Source of the DNA: Podarcis liolepis
Lineage: Eukaryota
DNA length: 64,000 nucleotides
Direction: 5' to 3' (one strand)
Assembly (NCBI GenBank): GCA_965112155.1
Contig: OZ218098.1
Within the stretch, counting starts at the first letter, position 1, and each line of letters opens with the position of its first letter. Both the position numbers and the translations under genes were made by a program. The notes below the pieces were generated by a model, which was not told where the DNA came from, did not search any database, and saw nothing but the letters and a program-made list of their open reading frames with translations. This document shows positions 8,827 to 21,330 of the stretch, one piece after another.

Positions 8827-11800
8827 ATGGTACTTTCCTGGGCTGCAGTCATTGCTATGTTTGCGCTTTCCTCCATTTACTGCCTAGTTTCTCACCACGG
8901 CCCAGAGCTGTGGTTTCAAGACCTCTTCCCTTCCAAAGTGTGCCCTGCAAACACCAGCATGGATACGCTATATGGCATTATGTTTGATGCAGGAAGCACA
9001 GGGACACGGATTCACATTTACACCTTTGTACAGAGAAGCCCAGGTAAGATCACATGAGAAGGTTCTAAGCCTATGCTGTGGGGACCTTAGATTGTGAATA
9101 TATTGTATGCTTTTGCTAATTCTGATACCAATGATCTTACTCATCCTCTAAAAGTTGGAGAACTAGATGGAGTACTACTGTGACCAGCCATTGAAACTTT
9201 ATTCTGAGCTCTAGAGTTTCTTAATGCTTCATAAGCCTTTATTCTCAGAGCTTCTGTCTTGTTTTCTTTAACCTTTGATCAGTTTGTACATGTTTGCTTC
9301 TCTTCCTAGATAAAGTTCATTGTGGTTCAGTTGTACTGCTTAGTCATGCTTCTTTTGAGAGGGTGTTCAATTTAAAGTGGCTTTATCACGGAAAACAGCA
9401 GGGGATTTTGGTCTGAAATGTCTGTAACAGAGTGAAAATAAAAAAATTCCTTCCAGTAGCACCTTAAAGACCAACTAAGTTAGTTCTTGGTATGAGCTTT
9501 CGTGTGCTCATACCAAGAACTAACTTAGTTGGTCTTTAAGGTGCTACTGGAAGGAATTTTTTTATTTTGACTATGGCAGACCAACACGGCTACCTATCTA
9601 CTTCTGTAACAGAGTGAGTGTCGGAAAGGTGGGAACTTGATAGTGGTATGAGACGTATATTCACTTCTACAGTGAATTGTTAGGAGATTATCAGATAACT
9701 GTCAAACAAAACAAATAAGTTTTATAAAAGTTACTCTAGGCAGAGGGGAAGATGTTTTGTAACTTAGAAGGTGGCCTTGTTTCAATAAATGGATGAGTGG
9801 GGGGAGGGAATTGGGAAGGATCACCTTAGGACCTGGGTAGGCAAACTAAAGCCCGGGGGCCGGATCCAGCACAATCGCCTTCTAAATCCAGCCCGCCGAT
9901 GGTCCGGGAATCAGCATGTTTTTACATGAGTAGAATGTGTCCTTTTATTTAAAATGCATCTCTGGGTTATTTGTGGGCCATAGGAATTTGTTCTTTATTC
10001 TCTCTTTTCTTCAAAATATAGTCGGGCACCCCACAAGGTCTGAGGGACAGTGGACCAGCCCCCTGCTGAAAAAGTTTGCTGACCCCTGCCTTAGGACATG
10101 CTTGATAAATTTTTCAGTTCCTTATTTTGATTGCTTGGCCTTATCCAGATCAGCTTGCTTTGTCACGTTTCAATTAATTTTGTGCTCACTGGTTGCCCCA
10201 GTAATTCTTTTTACATCTGGATTTGCAGGGCTCAGAATTTCCTTTCCCAAAAGTATACTGAATTTGTCAGTTTGGCTGCATTTTGAAAACAAAGCCACAG
10301 TGGCCCATACTAGAACATTTTCTGTGTGAAAGAAATAATGATGTGTTAGATTGATGTCCTGTGAAACCAGTAAGTTCCTTTTGATAGATATGCACGCATT
10401 TGGGAAGATCAACTATTATAAAAGTTGTTTGGCTTGATTTTTGCAGAAAAACCTGCAGAGTTAGAAGGCGAAATCTTTGAATCAGTCAAGCCAGGACTCT
10501 CCGCCTATGCTGATCAGCCTGGAAAGGTAAGACATTCTGATGGCTTTTTGTGACTATTTGGCTCTCTTCCTCCCCACTCATTCTAAATTCAGTTTATATA
10601 ACATGAAGAAGAAAAAGAAAGCATAATGGGAAGGCGAGGAGGACAAAGAGGCGGGTGAGAAGTAGATGTTTTGCTGTACAGCACCATCAGTAGACATGGC
10701 GCTTGACACAGTTTAAGAATGGGGAGGGGGAGCTGGACAGGAGCTTACAATCTAGGATAACAGAAGAGGTAAGAGAGGGTGGGGCAAGAGGAACTTGGGG
10801 GGGTGGAAGGGACAAATGTGAGTAAATGCAGTTGCATGTACCTGCAACTTAGTTATAGGCGAGAACGAACTTACCAACATTTGTGTCTTGGATTTCTCTC
10901 CAACTTTAGGGAGCAGAAACAGTCAGACAATTGTTGGACATGGCTAAAGAAGCTGTACCGCCCAGTCACTGGAATAAGACCCCAGTAGTCCTGAAAGCCA
11001 CGGCTGGTCTGAGGTTGTTAGCAGAGCATAAAGCCCAAGCTTTACTCTCTGAGGTAACCTTAGGTTGTATTGCAAGGGGGTTGGCTTATTGTGTAAAAGT
11101 TGGGGGCATATGTAACAAGCTCTTTTCAGTGCTTGCCTATGTGCGGTTTTGCCTTGATTTTTTAAAAAATACTATACCAGTCTTGTGAGAGGCACTTGTA
11201 GATCCTACATCTGCTGTCACTATGTTTCAATAAATTCCTGTTTTATACCTGAATGCTGGGTGAAAGCGTTTGACTTGTGCTCACCTTGATTTACCTCCCA
11301 CTGTTTTTTGTACGGGAGGAAAATTATGACATCCACTCATCCATGCATAACCTAGTTTTTTCATTTCCACAGGTCAGGGCAGTCTTTGAGGAGTCACCAT
11401 TTCTAGTTCCTGATAACAGTGTTAGCATCATGGATGGATCTTATGAAGGTGGGTCCTGGGAGGCAGAAAATGGGAAGGAATGGAGGTGAGTTCGGGGAGA
11501 AAGAAAAGGGAGGGGATCAAGTGAGGGAGAATAACCACAGGAGCAAGAGGGAAGGAGTAGCATCTCCCCAGTGCCAAATGAAAGGTAAAATATTGCTGGT
11601 ATCACAGTGGCCAAACCACAATATCTTTCTTAGTCCCAAAGAGACGCTTTAAGTTTCCAGGGGAGAATTAGGTTCCATACACAGGAAAGCAACGAGTCTC
11701 CTTGGTTTTAATGGCAACATTTCATAATGCAAGTACTGTTAGATGAAAAGCAGTCACATAGTTTGCAATTAGAAGAAACTCAAGCAAAGGAAAAATTCAA

Positions 11801-14800
11801 GTAGCCAAACTGGCATAGTGAGTAAATAGTTTTAAGTGTATCTAGCCCAGGGGGGTTGGGAGCCCCTGTATGCCAGAGATGTGCGGGGTTGGAGACAAAG
11901 GTATGCTGCCCGACAGGTGAGACTTTTACCTTTGTACAGTCAGCTACATTGTCAGAGGTCTTTATGCGCACCCCTGCCCCAGTCTCAACAACTGGCATTG
12001 TCAAAGGTCAGGGAAGGAAAAGCAGTGGAAGAGGACGTGGAACAGGGCTGGAGAGAGGTGTGGCCTATGGATGGGGCATGACCTGGTAGGGTTCTGTGGA
12101 CCAGATGGAAAGGCCTGGAGGGCTGCACTGGCCCCTGAGCCTGAGATTTCCTACCCCTAATCTAACAATGACAGCTGGAGTAGAGGTTTTCTGTTTCCTC
12201 ACAAGCATGGTTTATCAGTCAGCCTACATTTACCAAATGATCTTCAACTCACTTTCCATACCTTTGTGATGAACAGTGAATTATTGTTTGTTACTTATTG
12301 GGAAGTACAGGCAAAAGAGCACAGTCCCTGCCTGCACATTTGCAAGCCAAAATATTTTCTGAGATGGGAAACAGTGAGCAGTGCAAAGCTATCCCACCAT
12401 ACTTACTGCGTGCTAAACTCAGCCTGGATCCCCCTCACATGTTCAACATGCCAAAATGGTCAAGTGAATTGTCCCTAAGCTGACAAGCCTGTTAAGCATG
12501 TCCACTAAGAGTAAAGATAATACATTTTTTGTGGGTTAGAAATGAAGTCAAATATATTTCAAGAGCGGAATTGTGGAAGGTCTCAAATGGAAAACAGTGA
12601 AGGCTGATGGGGGTGGAGACTAGAACATATTCAAAACCTAGGGAAGGATTGGAAGAGATTATGCTTGAACAGTGATAGAGGTGGAAATCTAGCAGCAGTG
12701 GATATCTTTCTGGATTGCATTTGGGTCTCAAGATAGATTTCAGTTACGTTTCCTTCCTTTTTGCAGGTATACTAGCCTGGATCACTGTGAACTTTTTGAC
12801 AGGTAATTACTGCTATGTGATTTCTGTTTTGAGGCTTGGATAGAGTCTGTTCCATAAAAACTGAGTAGGCAGTTGGATATTTATAGTGCACGTTTTCAGA
12901 ATACTCTGCTTCTGAAATCCATTCAGGGCTGCAAGTAATAGATAACATGGAAACTCTCTGGGCATGTGGGTAGCCTTTGAACTTCTTCAATGTTCCCTGC
13001 AGGGCAGTTGTATGGCCGGAATCAGCAGACAGTGGGAACCCTGGATCTGGGAGGAGCCTCAACCCAGATCACGTTCCTGCCACAGCGGGAGGTGAGGAAT
13101 CTCGAGGTTGCCAAAATGTTGGATAATTTGGTGCAGGTGTCCCATTTATTTCATGTTTTATTTCATCTAGATCTAGGCTGCTTTAATCTGGCAGGGTCAG
13201 ATAGGCAGGGTACAAATAATAAATTATTGTTATGATTAAATTATTATAATAATATTCATTAGGCTTCTTTGTAAAAGTGTTTTAAATACCAGAAATAATG
13301 TGAAATGGTATGCATTTGATAATGTTGCTTTTCAAGCTGTGACTTCCAAAATGTTGCAGCTTGTTCTTTAAAGTAGTGCCTGTATCTTATTATCATACGT
13401 ATATTCTGACCAGGGAACATGGGTGGCGCTGTGGTCTGAACCACTGAGCCTCTTGGGCTTGCCAATCAGAAAATTGGCAGTTCGAATCCTCACGACGGAG
13501 TGAGCTCCCGTTGCTCTGTCCCAGCTTCTAACCTAGCAGTTCGAAAGCACACCAGTGCGAGTAGATAAATAGATACCGCTGCAGCAGAAAGGTAAGCAGT
13601 GTTTCCATGCGCTCTGGCACTCATCACAGTGTCCCAATGCACTAGTAACAGTTTAGTCATGCTGGCCACATGACCCGGAAAGCTGTCTGTGGACAAACGC
13701 CAACTCCCTTGGCCTGAAAGTGAGATGAGCACCACAACCCCATAGTTGCCTTTGACTGGACTTAACCATCCAGGGGTCCTTTACCTTTTTTCCTTATTGT
13801 GAGCTTTCCAGCATCATCAGTTTATGACTGTGACTACATTTATTATCAACCTTCATACAAGATTTTCTTCCTTACTACAATAGAGCAGACATTTTCTGAA
13901 CATTAATAGTTTAAGATTATCAAAAGTCTCTTGTCTCTTCAAGACTCATGTGAATGTTATATGCTGTACTAATGTTACACAAATGTATCTTGAAATTTAA
14001 AAGTCACTGAAGAATCCTTTTTCATTATCCTAATTTTAGGAAACCCTAGAGCAAACACCAATAGATTTCCTTACCTCATTCGAAATGTTCAACAGCACTT
14101 ACAAGCTCTACACGCACAGGTGAGTCAGGCAGTTCTATGCAAATGACTATTTTTAAGGACACTGTTAGGTATTTGTCAGATGTAATATTGCCTTAACAAT
14201 TTGTATTGCTTATTCTGAAGTCAGCATTTCTTGCTAGTTATCACAACCCCACATGTGTGTCTTTATTCTCATTATAATAAACAGGTAGTTTGTGGATTAC
14301 TGTAAAGAAGCACATGCTAACATTTCATACATAGGCTTAGCAAGGAGGAGGCTGTTTTAGCAGAGTATTGATCTTATATCCTTGTTCATAAAATTGCCTA
14401 GTCTTATAAGTGGGATAGGGTGAACTCCGACTTTAACCAAGTGCTGTTTGGCCTTCTTCATTTTACAGCTATTTGGGGTTTGGTCTGAAGGCTGCACGGC
14501 TTGCTACATTGGGAGCCCTGGAAATGGAAGGTACAGTCAGACAGAATAGCTTTGTGTTTGTGTGTGTGGATGGACTGGGGGGGGGCGTCATCCAGCTGAG
14601 TGGATTCATCCAGTTCCTCGAATTTGTCCTGTTCAGAATTATAATGGGAAATGGTCCTAGACCAGCTTCTGACAGGCTGACTGTCTCTTTATCCCCTTCC
14701 TGGTGTGCATTTTCCTTTTAATGAGATTCTGTTGTCACTGAGACAGGTAACATGACACTCTGTAGGGTTATACAAGCCAGCTGAAAGATAAACTCAGAGA

Positions 14801-15940
14801 GGAGCCAAATTGTGAAAAGCAATTGTAGCTGCCCTTTGTGGTAGGTAACTGCTTATTAAAACCAAGCCTCTAGGTGGAGGCGAGTTTGGGTTGTGATTAC
14901 AAATAAATAAATAAAAATGCACCATGATTATGATCTACATTCTAAACAGTAGATATACTACTTCAGCTCTTTTAAACGGTTCAGCAACTCAGCTTCCTGT
15001 TTTGCTCAAATGTGAAGAAATTCGGGTTCAGGGGGTGCTCTTCGTACTTGAGAACCTTCTAAGTATCGTCTCCTCCTTTTGATTAGCCTTAAACTCGGCC
15101 CTCCAGATGTTTTGAGACTACAGTTCCCATCATCTCTGACCACTGGTCCTGCTAGCTAAAGATCATGGGAGTTGTAGGCCAAAAACATCTGGAGGGCTGA
15201 GTTGGAGGAAGCCTGGCCTAGGAGTCCACTAACATATTAATATCAAGACCCTTTGAGTAGCACATACAGTTATTATCATTTTCACATCCCATTATCATGC
15301 CAACTCACCCAGAATACACTTAGGTTTCATGGCCTCCATCCTGGTGTTGTACATTGCTGCCCCATCTATACATTTTTAGTCCAGTTTGGCTGGGAGCAGA
15401 AGCATTCCTCAACCTGTATCTGTCTCTTCCATTTTTCACCTACCTGTCTATACAGGACCCACCTGCCTACATAGAGTTTAGTGCAGGGGTGGGGAATATG
15501 TGGCCCTCCAGCTGTTCTTGAATTCCAGCACCCATCTGCTCCAACAACCCAGCATGACCAGTGGTCAGGATTGATGGGAACTATAGTACACCAACATCTG
15601 GAAGACCAAAGATTAGCTACTCCTGGTCTAGTGGACTGAGCTTCCTATTTGGGGAAACAAGAAAAAACTTGATTTTCTTCTATAAATGGACTTTGGCATT
15701 TGAACTTTCCCCAACTTCCTTTTCCTGCAAATACCAAGGGTACTGAAAAACATAAGCATTATTAATTTCACCCAATCTATATTCTCTTTAGCGTCAGATG
15801 GACGGACGTTCCGAAGTTCATGTTTGCCAAAACAGCTGGAGGCAGAATGGCACTTTGGAGGAGTGAAATACCAGTATGGTGGCAACCAAGAAGGTAAGTT
15901 AGAGAGATAAAGTTTCCCAAGACTGCTGCTGCTCTGGCTT

Positions 15941-15987
<47 letters not shown>

Positions 15988-18900
15988 CCATCATCTATCT
16001 TCTGGTCCCAGGGAGCTTATTGCTGGGGTAATGGCTTGAAATGGTTTAGACCCAGCCAGAAATAATAATGATCAGGAAGCAGATCCACCTGAAAAGCCAT
16101 TGATTGTGCTTATTGGAGTATATTGTCTCACTGAAGTAACATGGCCAGTCTCTGGTATTCTTATTTCGTCTGGGAATCCTTGATCTGAATCTCAGTGAAG
16201 CTATCCCTTGCCATAATTTATTTGCTTGATGTGATTTTTATTTTGTGTGCTCCCCACTTCTAAACGTTTTGCTACTTACACTTGGAGGGTTTTCTTTTTT
16301 AAGTAACTATTTTAAATAAAATTCATAGGGCACAGGTGGGGAACCTGTAGCCTGGAGGCCAGCGGTCCCAATTTAACCTATGAGGCATTTTACCCCAGGC
16401 CATACTCACCCCACATGTGACTTCCTAGGACATCAGGTGTAGTACAACTGTAGCTACAAAGGAGTGTTAAAGTGCACTAATTTGCCTGCAAGTGGGGCTT
16501 GCATTCAATATCTTTAAACTTGGTGCTGAATACCAGATCTTCTGGGATTAGCTCCACTCAAGAGACTCCGGAACAGAAGTTCTGAATGAAGCCATCCCTG
16601 CCACAAGCAGGGCTTGTGGCAGAGAAAGCACTGCATAATACTTCTTTGCAGGCGCAGCTTGCAGCCGCATGGAAACATTTTCCCTTTTTGCTCGCTTGGA
16701 GTGTGATAAACTTTCAAAACTGACCTGTAGAAGATAGGCCAGTTCTGGATTTGATTTATTGAAAACAGGAAGTTCTTAAATCGTGGATTAAAGATTTATT
16801 TTTATTAAAACCTAGTATTTAAGGACAGAGAAGAGAGAAAGCTGGGAGATGAGTCAGAGATTCATGAAGACACAGAGGCTTTAGTCAGGAAGAGGTGTCA
16901 AGATAAGACCTGAGCTATTTTGCACAGGCAATAGCAGCGGACTTTCTTTTTTGCTAATATTTATTGAGTTTCCATTTCAGATTGCAGCAGGGACAGAACA
17001 TAAATTTTAGGTCCAGGAAGACAGCATTTCCTTTCTCCTCTGGCTACTGTGGCCCTGTTTGCATACCATGCTAAGCCAAATGGAAGCTTAGCACAAAGAC
17101 CCGAGTGAGTGGGCTCCCAGAGATCACAGCCATTTCACTCCTTCCCAGTCATTTTGCTTCCATGCTTGAGTTAAACCAGTTTGGCTTAGGGTGTCATCTC
17201 AACCCAGGCTTGGGTTGTCCAGACTAAGCACAAATTCTAATAAGGTTTTGTCCAGGAGAGCAGAATCACAATCCGTTTTGGCCATGGTAAGCCACGGGTT
17301 AGCTCGGTGTGGAACAGATGCAAAACAATCAGGGAACGAACAAAGCAGCCACCATCTCCTCTCCAAGCCAACACGTTTGTGCTAAGCCATGGTTTGTCTC
17401 AGTGTGGTGTGCAAACCAGGCAAATGAGTCACTTCTGCTCCATTAAAATCTCCATTATTTGGATCACAAGGCTCACAATAAGGTTACCTTGCATAATTCC
17501 CTGACATCTATGGCATTTGATATTGGGTGTATGTTCACAGTTGTAAGAGAGTCATTTTTGTGTAGAGGGCCCCTTTCCCCATCACCTAGGGTTTGCTTGT
17601 TTGTTTTTAAAAAACCGTGTATAATCATAAAGCGTAAGGATAGAGATGGGAATGTGCCCAGGCTGTGCCAATACTGCAAAGCTGTCAGGAAAGACCATTT
17701 ACAACTGTTGCACTTTCCTTAATTTCATTGTTAGCAATTCTTCACTTATCTGCAGTGGGATTCATGACATGTTGAACTTACCTTTGTGTGTTTACCCTGC
17801 CAGGAGTAACGGGATTTGAACCTTGCTATTCTGAAGTGTTGAAGGTGGTAAAGGGAAAATTGCATCAACCAGATGAGATTCGGCACAGCTCCTTCTATGC
17901 CTTTTCCTATTATTACGATCGGGCTGTGGACACCGCCCTGATAGGTGAATAGCAAACATTTGAAATCTTGAGCTCTATGACCCTTGGGGAATGAATGCCC
18001 CTCTTTCAGTCAGTCACCTACACGATGGGACTTGATGAGCCGTTCCAGATGCTCCTCTATTCATGCAATGAATGCACACGGGTCGTTCATTTGTTGCAGG
18101 AATATCTTATTATCCTGACATGGTAAGCACTGGAGGTATATATTGTACCTGAAGAAATATGATTCCCCCAGCCCAGATAGTGTATCCATTGTGAATGCTG
18201 GGGAGAATGTGGTTGCACCAGATGTCACTGGCACCTATTGAATATCACGAGCATGAGCAATGCAGCCAGCACCACTTTATGAACCTTTTAAAACGTGCCT
18301 TCCCCTTTTCAGTTGTTTGAGGATGGATTAAAGTGTGGCTGCAGATGGTTGAGGATAGTGCAAACCCTGAGCCCGGCTTCTGCTGGGGAGGGCGGGATAT
18401 AAATAAAATTTATTATTATTATTAGAACAGAATCCCTTTAACCTCTGGAAGAGCCTTAACAATAAAGGAGTGTTTTTGCATGCTTCCTTCTGAATAAATG
18501 ATTGGTGTTATTTTATTCATTCCTATGGAGAATGAATGCATCAGCACAGCTGGTTGGGCAGGTGCCACTGCCAGGCTATCATGGCTCAGGGGGTCACCAG
18601 CCTTTTTGGGTTGATGGGCACGTTTTGAGCTCTGTGTGTGTGTGTGTGTAGCTATCACCCCCCCTAGTTGCATCTCTCCCAACAAAATGTGTGTGTGTAC
18701 AAGCTTGTTGTTTTTCAGGCCTTGGTAGGGATGAAGGAGGAACTACTGTTCCTCGCTTCATGACAAAGGGGGCAGTAAGCCGGGGGGCAGTCTTTGTGGG
18801 CACCAGAAGTCCATAGGTTTGCTGCTTTGCCCATAACTTCTATACTGGTGCCCATGATCTGAGTTGAAGCTAGTGCTTAAATCTTTAACTTGTTTTAAAT

Positions 18901-21330
18901 TAAACAAACATTAGATGTTTAAATGACAACTTAAAGGTTTGTCATTAATGTTTGCTGTATCTTGCTTTCCTAGTCGGTCCACCTGCCAAGGGTGTGTTCC
19001 ATAGGCCAGTGACAGGACTCTGGGTAAACAGACTATTTGCATTAGCTGTTTTATGTATTGGGGTTCCGTGGCAGACACACACAGCTTCCTTCATAGACCA
19101 ATTGGCATGGAAAGGAAATCTATGAGAAATGTGAAAACCATGGCTTTAAGGACCATATCTGAATCTGCCAAACACCACATTGTAACTCATTTAAATGTTT
19201 GGGGTTTTTTATTATCAGCATCCCATGCCATCCTAAACTGATCAGGAAATCCCTCTATAACTTGTGTTGGGTAGACTACTACACTTGCCACAGAGATAAG
19301 TGTTTTATCAGTTTTTCACAGTATCTCGTAGCCAGAGGATGACCCTTATCTTTTGACATTTCAGATTATGAGAAAGGCGGTGTTCTCAAAGTGGAAGACT
19401 TTAGAAGAAAAGCCAAAGAAGGTAAAATGTACTCTTGAGAGTTGAATTAGGGTACTTCCAGTTAATGAAGCAGTAGTCATGTCACTTTGAAATAGTGCCA
19501 TGTGAGGGTGTATTTTAGTCACTCACTGACATTTGAAATATCAGACCATTGTTGTTTAGGGACAAGGCAAGGCTAATGGTTTGATCAGAATAAAGCAGGT
19601 TTTCGAGTAACTGCTTAAGAAATTAGGAATTCACTCTGCACTTTTGAATTCAGAGAACAACTATGGAATAGCCATGAAACAACCATGGCTATTAACCAGA
19701 AGGTTGGTGGTTTGAGCCCACCAAAGGATGGCTGTGGGCAGGATTCCTCCATTGCATGACCCCAGGGATCCCTTCTCGCTCTATAATTCTATGAGTCTAT
19801 GATTTTATAAGGGCAAGTCAGCCAGTCTACAAGCATTTCAACTACTTGCATAGACTATGTATTCCAATAAAGTGTATTGACATGTATATATATTTAGGAA
19901 CCATTTAAAGTGCAGAGTCTTAATATGGCCAGCAAGTTCCTCTCTCTTCCAGGTAGAAAATATTCCACTTTGGAGTAGCTAAAAACATATACTAAACAAT
20001 TAAGGGATTGGGAACAAGTAGAAGAGTGATGGCTCCCAACTCGGTTTATTATTGCACTTGCACCATTTTCCATGGTTCTTGTTCTCAAATGCTCCTCAAG
20101 CAGCATTTGAAACTAATTCATGCACAAGTGTAGCACAGGTGGGGATGAACAAATGTGGAATGGCCTATGGGATCATACATCTCTTGAGTTGTGGTTTGCA
20201 TTCAGCTAGAATTACATTTAATAGTTTTTGTGATAATATTGCTTATTTTGGAGTCACTTGCTCCAATACTGCTGAATATTCTTCTCAATTTTTTTCTTTG
20301 AAGTGTGTGACAATCTGGACAGCTACAGCTCTGCCAGTCCTTTCCTTTGTATGGATCTCAGTTACATTACAGCTTTATTAAAAGAAGGATTTGGATTTCG
20401 AGACAGTACAGTTTTACAGGCAAGTAAAAATGATTGAAATAAGCCTTGGTTGAAGATTTTATTTTATTGACTAGTTGTTGGTACTGGTACTTTGTTCCAT
20501 ATGCTTTGGTGAAATGGGGTGTGTGAATCTACTTATTTTAGCATGGTAAAGAATAAAGGTAAAAGGTAAAGGGACCCCTGACCTTTAGGTCCAGTTGTGA
20601 CCGACTCTGGGGTTGCGGCACTCATCTCGCTTTATTGGCCGAGGGAGCCAGCGTGACTAAGCCGCTTCTGGCGAACCAGAGCAGCGCACGGAAACACCGT
20701 TTACCTTCCCGCTGGAGCAGTACCTATTTATCTACTTGCACGTTGACGTGCTTTCGAACTGCTAGGTTGGCAGGAGCTGGGACTGAGCAACGGGAGCTCA
20801 CCCTGTCGTGGGGATTCGAACCGCCGACCTTCTGATCGGCAAGTCCTAGGCTCTGTAGTTTAACCCACAGCGCCTGCTAAGTGTCTTTGCAGCTCCTGTT
20901 TTTTTCTTCTAGTCAATTGCAGCTCAAACTTAACAGTATGGAATTTTAACGAATACTTTTCTTATTTAAACTCATAACAGTAGGAAGTCACTGTTCATTA
21001 ATAAGTAGTTGCAGTAGTTAACTCCCAGTTTAAATTGACTTTAATGCTGCTTAGCGTCCAGTAGTCAGATATCCTTGTTTGAGATCTAACTTGCAGTTAT
21101 TTTTACTGCAACTGTACTTTCTATCATATCCATCTGGAGTTATACTGGAAAATATACTCAGCGTATACACTAAAAATGTACTCTGCCTAAAATGTCTGTA
21201 TTGGAACAAGGGTAATTGATCTTTTACTTTTCTTCTTTTACAGCTGGCAAAGAAAGTGAACAACATAGAGACAAGCTGGGCTCTAGGTGCTACCTTTCAC
21301 CTCCTGCAATCTCTTGGACTCTCCCATTGA
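8827..21330 (+). CDS. ENTPD5: Ectonucleoside triphosphate diphosphohydrolase 5 (ER UDPase/GDPase), 428 aa; exons 8827-9043, 10447-10526, 10910-11053, 11373-11448, 12767-12802, 13003-13091, 14040-14119, 14469-14530, 15792-15893, 17804-17944, 19365-19421, 20304-20419, 21244-21330
   Basis: N-terminal signal peptide and all five apyrase conserved regions ([33 protein letters not shown]). Exons sum to 1287 nt in frame and end [10 protein letters not shown]. The last intron is GC-AG. Confidence 0.97.
9435..9602. mobile_element. Penelope-like inverted fragment (63-bp hairpin, ribozyme core absent), ENTPD5 intron
   Basis: Arms 9435-9497 and 9506-9568; same tail as the 2222 copy; direct repeat TCTGTAACAGAGTGA at 9421-9435 and 9603-9617. 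Confidence 0.8.
9831..10090. mobile_element. hAT-like non-autonomous DNA transposon
   Basis: Ends CTGGGTAGGCAAACT ... AGTTTGCTGACCCCTG form imperfect terminal inverted repeats. Confidence 0.55.
13413..13787 (+). mobile_element. Sauria-type SINE, near full length
   Basis: tRNA-like head (GGTGGCGCTGTGG...GTTCGAATCC); body CTAGCAGTTCGAAAGCAC...AGTAGATAAATAG; tail CAGGGGTCCTTTACC; homologous to the copies at 20555 and 53734. Confidence 0.85.
15087..15217. mobile_element. Palindromic hAT-type MITE (related copies ~2556-2672, 15484-15625, 49712-49850, 58454-58575)
   Basis: CCCTCCAGATGTTTT...CTACA.TTCCCATCATC / GATCATGGGAGTTGTAG...AAAACATCTGGAGGG inverted symmetry. Confidence 0.6.
15942..15988. 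repeat. (TATC)n microsatellite
   Basis: About 11 tandem TATC units. Confidence 0.95.
20555..20874 (-). mobile_element. Sauria-type SINE
   Basis: Reverse complement of the same family; AAAGGTAAAGGGACCCCTGACC tail and GGATTCGAACC B-box. Confidence 0.85.

Noticed and set aside
2222-9602. Recurring palindromic repeats read as a CRISPR array or prokaryotic terminators
   Set aside because: Eukaryotic intron-exon context; copies are dispersed and have TSDs, with no repeat-spacer periodicity.
13413-13500. tRNA gene (A/B-box-like sequence)
   Set aside because: It is the head of a SINE that continues into the family body and tail; no complete cloverleaf.
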